From NCBI GenBank assembly GCA_045656865.1, contig JAZOSB010000007.1, forward strand, positions 8,335 through 72,334: 64,000 nucleotides of DNA. Reading direction: 5' to 3'. The DNA comes from Clostridia bacterium. GTDB lineage: Bacteria > Bacillota > Clostridia > UMGS1883. Positions 28,805-37,897 of this stretch are shown here, piece after piece. A program made the position numbers and the translations under genes. The notes under the pieces are model-generated. The model was not told where the DNA came from. It saw only the letters and a program-made list of their open reading frames with translations, and did not search any database. Position 1 is the stretch's first letter, and every line of letters starts with the position of its first letter.

Positions 28805-29305
28805 ATGAAGATAAATATTGCATCTGTACTCAGAAATGATGGTGCTTCAAAAACGTTTTCGGGTAATGTGGAACTCGGCACGTTTGATTATATGGGCAGT
28901 ACGCTTCAGTTTACCGAGCCTGTCTTAGTAGAGGGCAAGGTTTACAGCATTGGCGGTGCACTTGAAATTTCGGCGAAAATCGCAGGAGAGTACAAAACGG
29001 AGTGTTCCCGTTGCGGTCAGCCTGTTGTTGGCAAGCTTTCAGGAGAAGTTTTTGAAAGTCTTGACAGTGATTTTTCCGGCATTGATGAAGAATGCATCAG
29101 CATTTCGGGAAATGTTATTGATATTTCCGGCAGCGTTGAAGCGTGCATATTTGAAAGCATTCCCCTGCAACCATTGTGTAGCGAGGACTGCAAGGGACTC
29201 TGCCCCGTGTGCGGCATAGACCTTAACAAAAATGAATGCAATTGCGAGACAGAGGTCTATGACCCGAGATTCGCCATCTTTAGAAATTTGAGTAAAGAGG
29301 TGTAG
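28805..29305 (+). CDS. yceD: YceD/DUF177 family protein (large-subunit ribosome-associated; upstream of rpmF)
   Basis: Cys-rich C-terminus (CxxC ... CxxC), conserved yceD-rpmF synteny; ATG at 28805 preferred over the GTG at 28796. Confidence 0.8.
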   Translation: MKINIASVLRNDGASKTFSGNVELGTFDYMGSTLQFTEPVLVEGKVYSIGGALEISAKIAGEYKTECSRCGQPVVGKLSGEVFESLDSDFSGIDEECISISGNVIDISGSVEACIFESIPLQPLCSEDCKGLCPVCGIDLNKNECNCETEVYDPRFAIFRNLSKEV

Positions 29306-29308
29306 AAA

Positions 29309-29491
29309 ATGGCAGTTCCAAAGAGAAAAACTTCTAAGGCAAGACGCGATAAGAGAAGAGCTAATTGGAAACTTGAAGTACCCGGCATGGTAAAGTGCTC
29401 CAACTGCGGTGAGCTTATCAAGGCTCATATCGTTTGTAAGCATTGCGGTTACTATAAGGGCGTTCAGGTTGTTAACAAGGCAGCTAACTAA
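29309..29491 (+). CDS. rpmF: 50S ribosomal protein L32
   Basis: [22 protein letters not shown] ... CxxC ... CxxC; 60 aa. Confidence 0.95.
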   Translation: MAVPKRKTSKARRDKRRANWKLEVPGMVKCSNCGELIKAHIVCKHCGYYKGVQVVNKAAN

Positions 29492-29506
29492 TCACAAATG
29501 ACAATT

Positions 29507-29530
29507 TACCGTCCCGCAGTTGGGACGGTA
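29507..29530 (+). terminator. Hairpin after rpmF (weak terminator or processing site before the tRNA)
   Basis: TACCGTCCC-gcagtt-GGGACGGTA with no strong T-run. Confidence 0.4.
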
Positions 29531-29541
29531 AATTCATTTAT

Positions 29542-29616
29542 GCCCTCGTAGTAAAGCGGATATTACAAGCCCCTCCTAAGGGCTAGTCATCGGTTCGATT
29601 CCGGTCGGGGGTGCCA
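29542..29616 (+). tRNA. tRNA-Arg (anticodon CCU)
   Basis: Hand-folded 75-nt cloverleaf: acceptor GCCCTCG/CGGGGGT (two G-U pairs), D arm GTAA/TTAC, anticodon arm AGCCC-CTCCTAA-GGGCT (U33, anticodon CCT, A37), T arm ATCGG-TTCGATT-CCGGT, discriminator G, encoded CCA. Confidence 0.75.
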
Positions 29617-29648
29617 TAAAAAAAGACATCCATCGGATGTCTTTTTTC
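29617..29648 (+). terminator. Rho-independent terminator after the tRNA
   Basis: AAAAGACATCC-atcg-GGATGTCTTTT followed by TTTT. Confidence 0.7.
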
Positions 29649-29650
29649 AG

Positions 29651-29760
29651 TTATATTTGTTCCTTACGGGACAAGTGATATTTACTTCGTAAGTGATATT
29701 GCCCTTCGGCAGTGATATTCGCCTGCGGCGAGTTGAAGGAACAAATATAATATCACTGAA
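29651..29760 (+). repeat. Structured repeat element in the ade 5' leader: a 15-bp inverted repeat enclosing three tandem AAGTGATATT+hairpin units, followed by one inverted copy (AATATCACT)
   Basis: Outer IR TTATATTTGTTCCTT / AAGGAACAAATATAA; units at 29673, 29691, 29711 with 18-20 bp period; each followed by a different but structurally equivalent short hairpin (ACTT-CGT-AAGT, TGCC-CTTC-GGCA, TCGCC-TGC-GGCGA); inverted copy at 29749-29757. Confidence 0.6.
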
Positions 29761-29805
29761 ACCGAAGGTTTATAAAGAAATATAGCAGAGGGGGATTGGC
29801 TTATT

Positions 29806-31494
29806 ATGAAAAAATTACTATGCGGAGGAACAGTTATAAATGTTTTTACCGATGAAATTGAAAAGGCAAATGTCCTTATAGAGGACGGTAAAATTATTGG
29901 TGTAGGACAGTATACTCCAGACGAAGCCGATACAGTGGAGGATGTTACGGGAAAATACATCTGTCCCGGCTTTATTGACGGGCATATTCACATCGAAAGC
30001 ACAATGCTTACCCCGACGGAGCTTGCAAAACTATGCCTGCCACACGGTACAACTGCAATTGTGGCAGACCCCCACGAAATTGCGAATGTATGTGGAGTAA
30101 AGGGAATAGAGTATATGCTCGAGGCAAGTCAGGGAATCCCTATGAATGTGTATTTTATGCTTCCCTCTTGCGTGCCTTCTACCCCTTTTGACGAATCAGG
30201 TGCAGACTTATATGCAGAGGATATAAAACCGTTGTATGAAAATCCCCGTGTTGTAGGACTTGCGGAAATGATGAATTACCCCGGAGTTGTTTTCGGGGAT
30301 GAATCCGTGTGGGCGAAGATTAACGATGCCGTAAAGCAGGGGAAAACGGTAGACGGACACGCTCCTTTCCTCTCGGGGAAAGAGCTTGATAAGTATGTAT
30401 CTGCAGGCATCAGCAGTGACCACGAATGTTCCGACATAAACGAAGCTCTTGAAAAAATCAGAAAAGGGCAGAGGGTTATGATAAGACAGGGTACAGCCGC
30501 AAGAAATCTTGTGGATTTGCTTCCTCTCTTTGAAGAGCCGTATAACCGCAGATGCCTCCTTGTGACGGACGACAGACATCCTGCGGATTTGATGAACGAA
30601 GGGCATATAGATAACATCATCCGACTTGCGGTAAAGAACGGAAAGTCCCCCGTTACAGCAATCAGAATGGCAACCCTGCAGGCGGCGGAGCATTTTGGTA
30701 TCCGCTATGTAGGTGCGGTTGCCCCCGGATACAGAGCGGATTTGCTGATTCTTAATGACCTTGACACTGTTGATATAGAAGATGTTTACTCTAATGGAGA
30801 AAAGGTCGTTTCGCACAAGGAAACAGTAAAATTTGATGCTCCTGAAATAAACGAGGAACTCCAAAAAATTGTATTGGATTCATTTCACTTAAAAGAGCTT
30901 GCCCTTTCAGATTTTCATATTGAGGAAAATGGAAAGAAATGCCGTGTTATAGAAATAATCCCCGGTCAGCTTATCACTAAGGAAAAAATAGCGGAAATTG
31001 ACTGGAACAAAAATAACGGTATTGACACCGGAAGAGATATACTGAAGCTTGCTGTAATAGAAAGACACAAAAACACCGGTCATATCGGACTTGGCTTCAT
31101 AAACGGAATCGGGATGAAAAGCGGTGCAATGGCATCGTCCGTGTCACACGACTCTCACAACATTATTGTTATCGGCACAAACGATAATGATATGGTTATT
31201 GCGGCAAACTATATCCGTAAGTTTGGCGGTAACGTGGTAGTAGAAAACGGAGAGATAGTTGCAGAAATGTCACTCCCCATTGCAGGGCTTATGACTGACC
31301 TTTCGGGTGAGGAAATAGCCGTGGCAAATGAAAATGTGCGAAAGGCCGTATATAGTTTCGGAGTACCCCAAGAAATTGAGCCTTTTATGAATATGGCATT
31401 TGTAAGCCTTTCTGTAATTCCGTCAATAAAAATGACAACACAGGGGCTTGTAGATGTTGACAAGCAGGAGAGAATTTCTCTTTACTGTGAATAG
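29806..31494 (+). CDS. ade: Adenine deaminase
   Basis: 562 aa amidohydrolase; N-terminal CPGFIDGHIHIES metal-binding motif and adenine deaminase C-terminal domain. Confidence 0.9.
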   Translation: MKKLLCGGTVINVFTDEIEKANVLIEDGKIIGVGQYTPDEADTVEDVTGKYICPGFIDGHIHIESTMLTPTELAKLCLPHGTTAIVADPHEIANVCGVKGIEYMLEASQGIPMNVYFMLPSCVPSTPFDESGADLYAEDIKPLYENPRVVGLAEMMNYPGVVFGDESVWAKINDAVKQGKTVDGHAPFLSGKELDKYVSAGISSDHECSDINEALEKIRKGQRVMIRQGTAARNLVDLLPLFEEPYNRRCLLVTDDRHPADLMNEGHIDNIIRLAVKNGKSPVTAIRMATLQAAEHFGIRYVGAVAPGYRADLLILNDLDTVDIEDVYSNGEKVVSHKETVKFDAPEINEELQKIVLDSFHLKELALSDFHIEENGKKCRVIEIIPGQLITKEKIAEIDWNKNNGIDTGRDILKLAVIERHKNTGHIGLGFINGIGMKSGAMASSVSHDSHNIIVIGTNDNDMVIAANYIRKFGGNVVVENGEIVAEMSLPIAGLMTDLSGEEIAVANENVRKAVYSFGVPQEIEPFMNMAFVSLSVIPSIKMTTQGLVDVDKQERISLYCE

Positions 31495-31642
31495 CCAAAA
31501 AGAAAGCACATCAACTTTTGAGTGTCTGCTTTATTTGTTGTTATAACGAATATTTTTCTTTACAATAAGCAAATTTTGAATTGAAGTAATCGTTATTTCC
31601 TAAATCAAATATTATTTTTTCGAGAAAATGTGCTTTCCTATC

Positions 31643-31671
31643 TTGAAAAACAGCCGAAATTGTTGTATAAT
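31643..31671 (+). promoter_or_regulatory. Putative sigma-A promoter of guaB-fhs
   Basis: TTGAAA-17 nt-TATAAT, 41 nt upstream of the guaB ATG. Confidence 0.5.
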
Positions 31672-31712
31672 AACAAAAATACTATAAAATTTACTATGGG
31701 GGAGATTTAACT

Positions 31713-33215
31713 ATGGCATATTACTTCAGTGAACCTTCAAGAACATTCAGCGAATATCTGCTTGTGCCCGGTTATACCGGTCCCGACTGTATTCCTGCAA
31801 ATGTAAGTCTTAAAACACCTCTTGTTAAGTATAAAAAGGGTGAACAGCCCAAATATAGCCTTAACATTCCTATGGTGTCTGCTATCATGCAGTCTGTATC
31901 AAATGACACTATGGCGATAGCACTTGCTAAGGAAGGCGGTGTTTCCTTTATCTACGGTTCTCAGTCTATTGAGGATGAGGCAGCTATGGTTGCCCGCGTT
32001 AAGAGTTATAAGGCAGGCTTTGTTGTAAGCGACAGCAACCTTAAGCCCGATGACACTCTTCAGGATGTGCTTGACCTTTTTGAAAAGACAGGCCATAACA
32101 CAATGGCTGTTACAGAGGATGGAACAGCTAACGGTGTTCTTCTCGGTGTTGTTACAAGCCGTGACTACCGTGTAAGCAGAATGTCCACAGATATCAAGGT
32201 TAAGGATTTTATGACTCCTTTTGATAAACTTATCTGTGCTCCCGAAAATACAACTCTTAAGGAAGCTAACGATATTATCTGGGAGAATAAGCTTAATTCT
32301 CTTCCCATTATTAATTCTAAAAATGAGCTTAAGTATTTCGTATTTAGAAAGGATTACTCAACACATAAGAGCAATCCTAACGAAGTGCTTGACGACCAGA
32401 AAAGATACCTTGTAGGTGCAGGTATAAATACTCTTGACTATGAGAAGAGAGTTCCCGCACTTATCGAAGCAGGTGCCGACGTTCTCTGTATCGACTCTTC
32501 TGAGGGTTATACAGCTTGGCAGGCAAAGACAATTCAGTTCATCCGTGAAAAATACGGTGATGATGTAAAGGTTGGTGCAGGTAACGTAGTAGACCGTGAC
32601 GGATTTATGTTCCTTGCAGAAGCAGGTGCCGACTTTATTAAGGTTGGTATCGGCGGCGGTTCTATCTGTATCACCCGTGAAACAAAGGGTATCGGCCGCG
32701 GACAGGCTACTGCAGTTATCGAGGTTGCTGCAGCACGTGACGAATACTTTGAAAAGACAGGTATCTATATCCCCATCTGTTCAGACGGCGGTATAGTTCA
32801 CGACTATCATATGACACTTGCACTTGCAATGGGTGCAGACTTCCTTATGCTGGGAAGATATTTTGCACGCTTTGACGAAAGCCCCACTCCCAAGCTTAAC
32901 ATCAACGGAACATATGTTAAGGAATATTGGGGCGAAGGTAGTAACCGTGCCCGTAACTGGCAGCGTTACGACCTTGGCGGTAAGGCTAAGCTTTCTTTCG
33001 AGGAAGGTGTTGATTCCTACGTTGTATATGCAGGCTCACTTCAGGACAATGTGGCAAAGAGTCTTTACAAGGTTGCTTCCACAATGTGTAACTGCGGTGT
33101 TCTCACAATCCCCGAGCTTCAGAAGAATGCCAAGATAACCCTCGTTTCCGCAACAAGTATTGTTGAGGGCGGTTATCACGATGTAACACTTAAATCCAGT
33201 GTTGGAAAGGATTGA
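31713..33215 (+). CDS. guaB: IMP dehydrogenase family protein with CBS pair (GuaB-like)
   Basis: TIM-barrel IMPDH motifs ([12 protein letters not shown], GGxxxxGD) with an inserted CBS pair; the active-site loop is slightly non-canonical (GGGSICIT versus GPGSICTT). Confidence 0.7.
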   Translation: MAYYFSEPSRTFSEYLLVPGYTGPDCIPANVSLKTPLVKYKKGEQPKYSLNIPMVSAIMQSVSNDTMAIALAKEGGVSFIYGSQSIEDEAAMVARVKSYKAGFVVSDSNLKPDDTLQDVLDLFEKTGHNTMAVTEDGTANGVLLGVVTSRDYRVSRMSTDIKVKDFMTPFDKLICAPENTTLKEANDIIWENKLNSLPIINSKNELKYFVFRKDYSTHKSNPNEVLDDQKRYLVGAGINTLDYEKRVPALIEAGADVLCIDSSEGYTAWQAKTIQFIREKYGDDVKVGAGNVVDRDGFMFLAEAGADFIKVGIGGGSICITRETKGIGRGQATAVIEVAAARDEYFEKTGIYIPICSDGGIVHDYHMTLALAMGADFLMLGRYFARFDESPTPKLNINGTYVKEYWGEGSNRARNWQRYDLGGKAKLSFEEGVDSYVVYAGSLQDNVAKSLYKVASTMCNCGVLTIPELQKNAKITLVSATSIVEGGYHDVTLKSSVGKD

Positions 33216-33220
33216 TTCTG

Positions 33221-34891
33221 ATGTATAAATCAGATATTGAAATTGCACAGTCTGTTGAGATGAAGCCTATTACCGAGATTGCAAAAACTGCAGGTGTAGA
33301 CGATAAATACCTTGAACAGTACGGCAAATATAAGGCGAAAATTGACCTTTCAATTCTTGATGAAAAAGAATACAAGGATGGCAAGCTCATCCTTGTAACA
33401 GCTATAAACCCCACTCCTGCAGGCGAGGGTAAGACTACAACAACAATCGGTCTTGCTGATGGTATGAGGAAAATCGGTAAGAATGTTCTTGTAGCACTTC
33501 GTGAGCCTTCATTAGGACCCGTATTCGGAGTCAAGGGCGGTGCCGCAGGCGGTGGCTACGCACAGGTTGTTCCAATGGAGGATATTAACCTTCATTTCAC
33601 AGGCGACTTCCACGCAATCGGTGCGGCAAATAATCTTCTTGCAGCTATGCTCGACAACCATATCTATCAGGGAAATTCCCTGAACATTGACCCCAGAAGA
33701 ATAGTATGGAAAAGATGTGTGGATATGAACGACCGTCAGCTTCGTTTTGTGACAGACGGTCTTGGCGGAAGAATTAACGGAGTTCCGCGTGAAGACGGTT
33801 ACGACATTACAGTTGCTTCCGAAATAATGGCAGTTCTCTGTCTTGCAAATTCTCTTTCTGACCTCAAGGAAAGACTTGGCAGAATCATTGTAGGCTACAC
33901 CTATGATGAAAAGCCCGTTACAGCGGCAGACCTTAAAGCACACGGTGCAATGACGGCACTTCTCAAGGATGCAATCAAGCCAAACCTTGTACAGACTCTT
34001 GAGGGAACCCCCGCATTTGTACATGGCGGTCCCTTTGCAAATATTGCACACGGTTGTAACAGCGTTACAGCTACCAAGCTTGCAATGAAGCTTGGCGATT
34101 ACGCTATTACAGAGGCAGGCTTCGGTGCAGACCTCGGTGCTGAAAAATTTCTTGACATCAAGTGCCGTATGGCAGGGCTTAAACCCTCCGCGGTTGTAAT
34201 CGTTGCAACCATTCGTGCTCTTAAAATGCACGGCGGAATGGCAAAGACGGAGCTTAATGAAGAAAATACCGAGGCACTCCTCCGCGGTATTCCCAATCTT
34301 CTCCGTCACGTGTCAAACATCAAAAATGTTTACAAAATCCCCTCTGTGGTAGCTATTAATAAATTCCCCACAGATACCGATAAGGAAGTACAGGTTATTA
34401 TTGATGAATGTAAAAAGCTCGGCGTGAATGTTGTCCTTTCCGATGTATGGGCAAAGGGTGGTGACGGTGGAATTGAGCTTGCCGAAGAGGTTGTAAGGCT
34501 TTGCGAAGAAGAAAACAACTTCACATTCTGTTACGAGGATAACCTCTCTATCGAGGAAAAGATTGAAGCCATTGTTAAAAAAATCTATGGTGGTGACGGT
34601 GTAATCTTTGACAAGAATGCACAGAAACAGCTTAAAACACTTACGGACCTTGGCTTTAGCAATATGCCTGTATGTATGGCTAAGACTCAGTACAGCTTCT
34701 CTGATGATATGACTAAGCTTGGTGCTCCCGATGGCTTTACAGTTACAGTCCGTAATGTAAAGGTAAGTGCAGGTGCAGGCTTTATCGTAGCACTGACAGG
34801 TGAAATTATGACGATGCCAGGTCTTCCTAAAGTGCCTGCGGCAGAAAAAATTGATGTTGAGCCTGACGGTAAAATAACAGGATTGTTCTAA
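33221..34891 (+). CDS. fhs: Formate--tetrahydrofolate ligase
   Basis: FTHFS signature [15 protein letters not shown]; ATG at 33221 with AAAGGA RBS (the ORF track start at 33212 is a TTG overlapping the guaB stop). Confidence 0.95.
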   Translation: MYKSDIEIAQSVEMKPITEIAKTAGVDDKYLEQYGKYKAKIDLSILDEKEYKDGKLILVTAINPTPAGEGKTTTTIGLADGMRKIGKNVLVALREPSLGPVFGVKGGAAGGGYAQVVPMEDINLHFTGDFHAIGAANNLLAAMLDNHIYQGNSLNIDPRRIVWKRCVDMNDRQLRFVTDGLGGRINGVPREDGYDITVASEIMAVLCLANSLSDLKERLGRIIVGYTYDEKPVTAADLKAHGAMTALLKDAIKPNLVQTLEGTPAFVHGGPFANIAHGCNSVTATKLAMKLGDYAITEAGFGADLGAEKFLDIKCRMAGLKPSAVVIVATIRALKMHGGMAKTELNEENTEALLRGIPNLLRHVSNIKNVYKIPSVVAINKFPTDTDKEVQVIIDECKKLGVNVVLSDVWAKGGDGGIELAEEVVRLCEEENNFTFCYEDNLSIEEKIEAIVKKIYGGDGVIFDKNAQKQLKTLTDLGFSNMPVCMAKTQYSFSDDMTKLGAPDGFTVTVRNVKVSAGAGFIVALTGEIMTMPGLPKVPAAEKIDVEPDGKITGLF

Positions 34892-34894
34892 AAC

Positions 34895-34916
34895 GGCTGA
34901 CAAGGTCAGCCTTTCG
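34895..34916 (+). terminator. Weak terminator hairpin after fhs
   Basis: GGCTGAC-aag-GTCAGCC followed by TTTCG. Confidence 0.4.
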
Positions 34917-35077
34917 CAAAGAAAGTTTTGCTTTGCAAAAGCATTCTCTGCGAGATAAGGGGCTTTCGCTCGCGCGGCACTCACCGTGCCAGCCCCTGCA
35001 AGGAATCAAAATTGAGGTACACGCCCTCAATTTTGATGAATTTATAATGTTAAGGGAGAGCCCCTTAACAATCCCCA

Positions 35078-35124
35078 AAAAAGTAAATGGCTATGTGAAA
35101 TAATTCACATAGCCATTTTTTATT
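35078..35124. terminator. Bidirectional terminator (15-bp perfect palindrome) between fhs and the ECF S-component gene
   Basis: AAATGGCTATGTGAA-ataa-TTCACATAGCCATTT flanked by AAAAAA on one side and TTTTTT on the other. Confidence 0.6.
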
Positions 35125-35629
35125 TATTTACTATACCGCTTTTTTCAAATACTCTGACAAGAACTACGCCCAGTATCAGTCCTGCCACACCTTGCACAGC
35201 ATTTGCAGGAATATTTACTGCCGACGGAATAAATCCGTACAGAAATCCTTCAAAAAGGAAATAACCGCCAACCATCAGTACTTCCGCAAGGAAACCGCTT
35301 GTTATACGGGAGGGGAGAGCAGGAAATTTTTTGCTCATAATATTAAATACAAAATGTGCAACAAGTGCCATCAAGCCCTTTATAATAAAGGTAGCAGGTG
35401 CATATACTGCGTATCCTGAAAATATATCTGCTAATCCGCTGCCTACTCCTGCGGCAAGAAAGCCATAAACGGGGGAGAGAATCCATCCCGAAAGAAGTAC
35501 AACACAGTCACCTAAGTTTATGTAACCTTTAAGAGGTGACGGGATTTTAATAATCATTGTTGCGACACATACGAGAGAGGCAAGCAGTGCCGAAAATACA
35601 ATTTTCTGTGTTTTTGTTTTCATATTCAT
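35120..35629 (-). CDS. ECF transporter substrate-specific (S) component, thiamine/HMP-precursor type (ThiT/HmpT-like); last gene of the thi operon
   Basis: 169 aa, 5-6 TM, typical ECF S-component size and topology; co-oriented directly after thiD. Confidence 0.55.
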   Translation of the reverse strand: MNMKTKTQKIVFSALLASLVCVATMIIKIPSPLKGYINLGDCVVLLSGWILSPVYGFLAAGVGSGLADIFSGYAVYAPATFIIKGLMALVAHFVFNIMSKKFPALPSRITSGFLAEVLMVGGYFLFEGFLYGFIPSAVNIPANAVQGVAGLILGVVLVRVFEKSGIVNK

Positions 35630-35692
35630 CTTCCTTTCTATGGTATTTTACACCGTGACATATAATTTTTCAATAATTTTTTCGTGAAATAG

Positions 35693-36475
35693 TTAAATTA
35701 AATAGGTCATGTGATTTAAAGGACCCGAGCCTTTGCCGAGATTCAGATTCAAAGATATGGCTTTTGTTATATACTCTTTTGACATTTTTACAGAGGTTTC
35801 GACATCCATTCCTTTTGCAAGATTTGATGCAATTGCACTTGAAAGTGTACAACCTGTTCCGTGTGTGTTGGGATTGTCGATATGCTTTCCCTGAATCCAT
35901 ATTATGTTACCGTTATCATACAAAAGGTCATTCGAATCGGTGCTTCTGTGACCGCCTTTAATTAAAACGCTGAAGTTTGAAAGGAAAGCAATTTTTTCTG
36001 CGGCACTAATCATATCCGCTTCCGTTTTTATTTTCGTTTTTATAATAGCTTCAGCCTCGGGAATGTTTGGTGTAATAATAGTTGCTATGGAAGAGAGGTT
36101 TTTTATTAGTAATTCTGCGACATTTTTTTCGGAGAGATTCGCACCGCTGGTAGAAATCATAACGGGGTCAATTACAATGTTTTCGGCTTTATAAAAAGAA
36201 AGCCTTTCGCAAATCACCTCTGCCAGTGCAGGGGAAGACACCATGCCTATTTTTACTGCATCGGGACGGATGTCTGTGAAAACTGCATCAATCTGTTTTT
36301 TCAGAAATTCGGGAGTAGATTCCAGTATGCCATATACTCCCATAGTGTTTTGTGCGGTAAGTGCGGTGATTGCACTCATAGCGTAAACTCCGTGGACGGT
36401 CATTGTTTTAATATCCGCCTGAATTCCTGCACCACCGCTCGGGTCAGAACCTGCAATTGTTAAAACTGTTTTCAT
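35693..36475 (-). CDS. thiD: Hydroxymethylpyrimidine/phosphomethylpyrimidine kinase
   Basis: VLTIAGSDPSGGAGIQADIKT N-terminus, PfkB/ribokinase fold. Confidence 0.9.
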   Translation of the reverse strand: MKTVLTIAGSDPSGGAGIQADIKTMTVHGVYAMSAITALTAQNTMGVYGILESTPEFLKKQIDAVFTDIRPDAVKIGMVSSPALAEVICERLSFYKAENIVIDPVMISTSGANLSEKNVAELLIKNLSSIATIITPNIPEAEAIIKTKIKTEADMISAAEKIAFLSNFSVLIKGGHRSTDSNDLLYDNGNIIWIQGKHIDNPNTHGTGCTLSSAIASNLAKGMDVETSVKMSKEYITKAISLNLNLGKGSGPLNHMTYLI

Positions 36476-37104
36476 TTTACAAGCTCCTTTGCAATTGAGA
36501 GTAGTGTTTCGGCTTCTTTTTTAGGGTTTTCAGATTTCATAATTGCCGACACAACACATATGCCTGCAATTCCTGTGCCTTTTAGAATGTTTGAATTTTC
36601 TTTATTAAGTCCGCCAATGGCATTTACACGAACAGGTACCGCACGGCAGATTTTCTGTAATGTATCGGTAGATGTCAGCACGGTTTTGACCTTTGTAGTG
36701 GTGGGATAAATTGTCCCTACTCCGAGATAGTCAGCTCCGCCTTTAGTTGCTTCCACGGCTTGTTCTACAGTTTTTGCCGTTGCGCCTATAATAAAGTTTT
36801 CTCCCAATATTTTTCTTGCGAGGGCAACAGGCATATCCTCCTGCCCTAAATGAACACCCTCACAGCCGACAGCTACGGCAACATCTACACGGTCATCAAT
36901 TATGAGAGGGACATTATACTTTCTGGTCAATAAGTAAACTTTTTTTGCAAGCTCAATATATTCCCTTGTGGTTTTATTTTTCTCTCTTAACTGAAGTAAA
37001 GTGACGCCCCCTTTAAGAGCCTGCTCAACAGTATGCAGAAAATCATGTTCACTGATACCTGTGCTGTCTGTAATAAAATAAAGCGTAGAATCAAATTTTT
37101 TCAA
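36472..37104 (-). CDS. thiE: Thiamine-phosphate synthase
   Basis: TMP-TENI family motifs (LYFITD ... VTLLQLREK ... DYLGVGTIYPT). Confidence 0.9.
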   Translation of the reverse strand: MKKFDSTLYFITDSTGISEHDFLHTVEQALKGGVTLLQLREKNKTTREYIELAKKVYLLTRKYNVPLIIDDRVDVAVAVGCEGVHLGQEDMPVALARKILGENFIIGATAKTVEQAVEATKGGADYLGVGTIYPTTTKVKTVLTSTDTLQKICRAVPVRVNAIGGLNKENSNILKGTGIAGICVVSAIMKSENPKKEAETLLSIAKELVK

Positions 37105-37897
37105 TTGTTACTTCCTCCATTCGTACGGCATTTTCAAAATCCGTGTCTGTAAGTAATGAAAAATTATCCATAAGCTCCGTCATAAAACTTCCGCTGCCTT
37201 GCTGAGATGACGCTTGCTCTCCGCATATTCCCATCATTGCTGCTGCCATACATACTGCTTCTATGTCGGTATGTACGGAAAGAAAAACGGCGCACAACAT
37301 TCCAAGCATACAGCCCGTTCCCGTAACAGAGGACAGGCGAGAGTGTCCGTTGTGTATGTAAAACATCCTTTCGCCGTCGGTTATAATGTCGGTTTTCCCC
37401 GTAGCGAGAATAAGACAATGATGCTTTTTTGCAAGATTTACAGCACTTTTCCCTATGGTTTCGGCACATAAATCGGGCTGCGCATTTACACCGTGAGAAC
37501 GGTACTCGGTATTATCAAGTGCATATATTTCAGAATAGTTTCCCTTTATCAGTGTGGGGCTGATGTCTTTAAGCATTTCGGATAAAAAATTATGTCTTAG
37601 ACTTGAACAAGCCACCCCCACAGCATCAATAACAATTGGAATGTTTTCCTTGACTGCAACTTTTGAAGACAGAAGCATTGATTGCATTCTCACATCTGTT
37701 ATGTTGCCGAGATTGAGAAGAAGTGCCCTTGCAGTTCGGGTAATTTCCTGAACCTCCCTCGGGTGCTCTGCCATAATTGGCATAGCACCCATAGAAATAG
37801 CCGTGTTGGCACATTGATTTATGGATATAGGGTTTGTTATTGCATGAACAAGGGTTTTTTCTTTTTTTATTTTGTTTTGTAACTCTTTAAAAGTCAC
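37091..37897 (-). CDS. thiM: Hydroxyethylthiazole kinase
   Basis: VHAITNPISINQCAN ... ATGKTD motifs of ThiM. Confidence 0.9.
   Translation of the reverse strand: MTFKELQNKIKKEKTLVHAITNPISINQCANTAISMGAMPIMAEHPREVQEITRTARALLLNLGNITDVRMQSMLLSSKVAVKENIPIVIDAVGVACSSLRHNFLSEMLKDISPTLIKGNYSEIYALDNTEYRSHGVNAQPDLCAETIGKSAVNLAKKHHCLILATGKTDIITDGERMFYIHNGHSRLSSVTGTGCMLGMLCAVFLSVHTDIEAVCMAAAMMGICGEQASSQQGSGSFMTELMDNFSLLTDTDFENAVRMEEVTIEKI

Noticed and set aside
27565-28881. 1.3-kb stop-free antisense ORF (438 aa, Cys/Phe-rich) opposite ackA
   Set aside because: It exactly overlaps a high-confidence acetate kinase gene on the other strand. The protein has low-complexity, non-globular composition and no motifs. 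Long antisense open frames are a known artefact opposite highly expressed genes with biased codon usage.
29651-29805. Purine (adenine/guanine) riboswitch upstream of adenine deaminase
   Set aside because: The conserved purine-riboswitch core (UAUAAUC...GGAUAUGGC...CCGUAAAU..GACUA) was looked for and is absent. The leader instead carries the triple-repeat element reported as a finding.
31495-31560. Terminator after ade (AGCACA...TGTCTGCT imperfect hairpin with a T-rich tail)
   Set aside because: The stem requires a 2-nt bulge and is short. It is plausible but too weak to list as a feature. ade may be co-transcribed with guaB-fhs, or terminated inefficiently here.
31545-31665. PurR PurBox-like sequences (ACGAATAT, CCGAAAT) upstream of guaB
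   Set aside because: They are only partial matches to the AWWWCCGAACWWT consensus, and no inverted pair at the proper spacing was found.
35094-35109. Rex or CRP/FNR operator TGTGAAATAATTCACA
   Set aside because: The match sits inside a 15-bp perfect terminator palindrome at the 3' ends of two convergent genes, not in a promoter, so it is most likely coincidental. It is kept only as a note within the hairpin-cluster finding.
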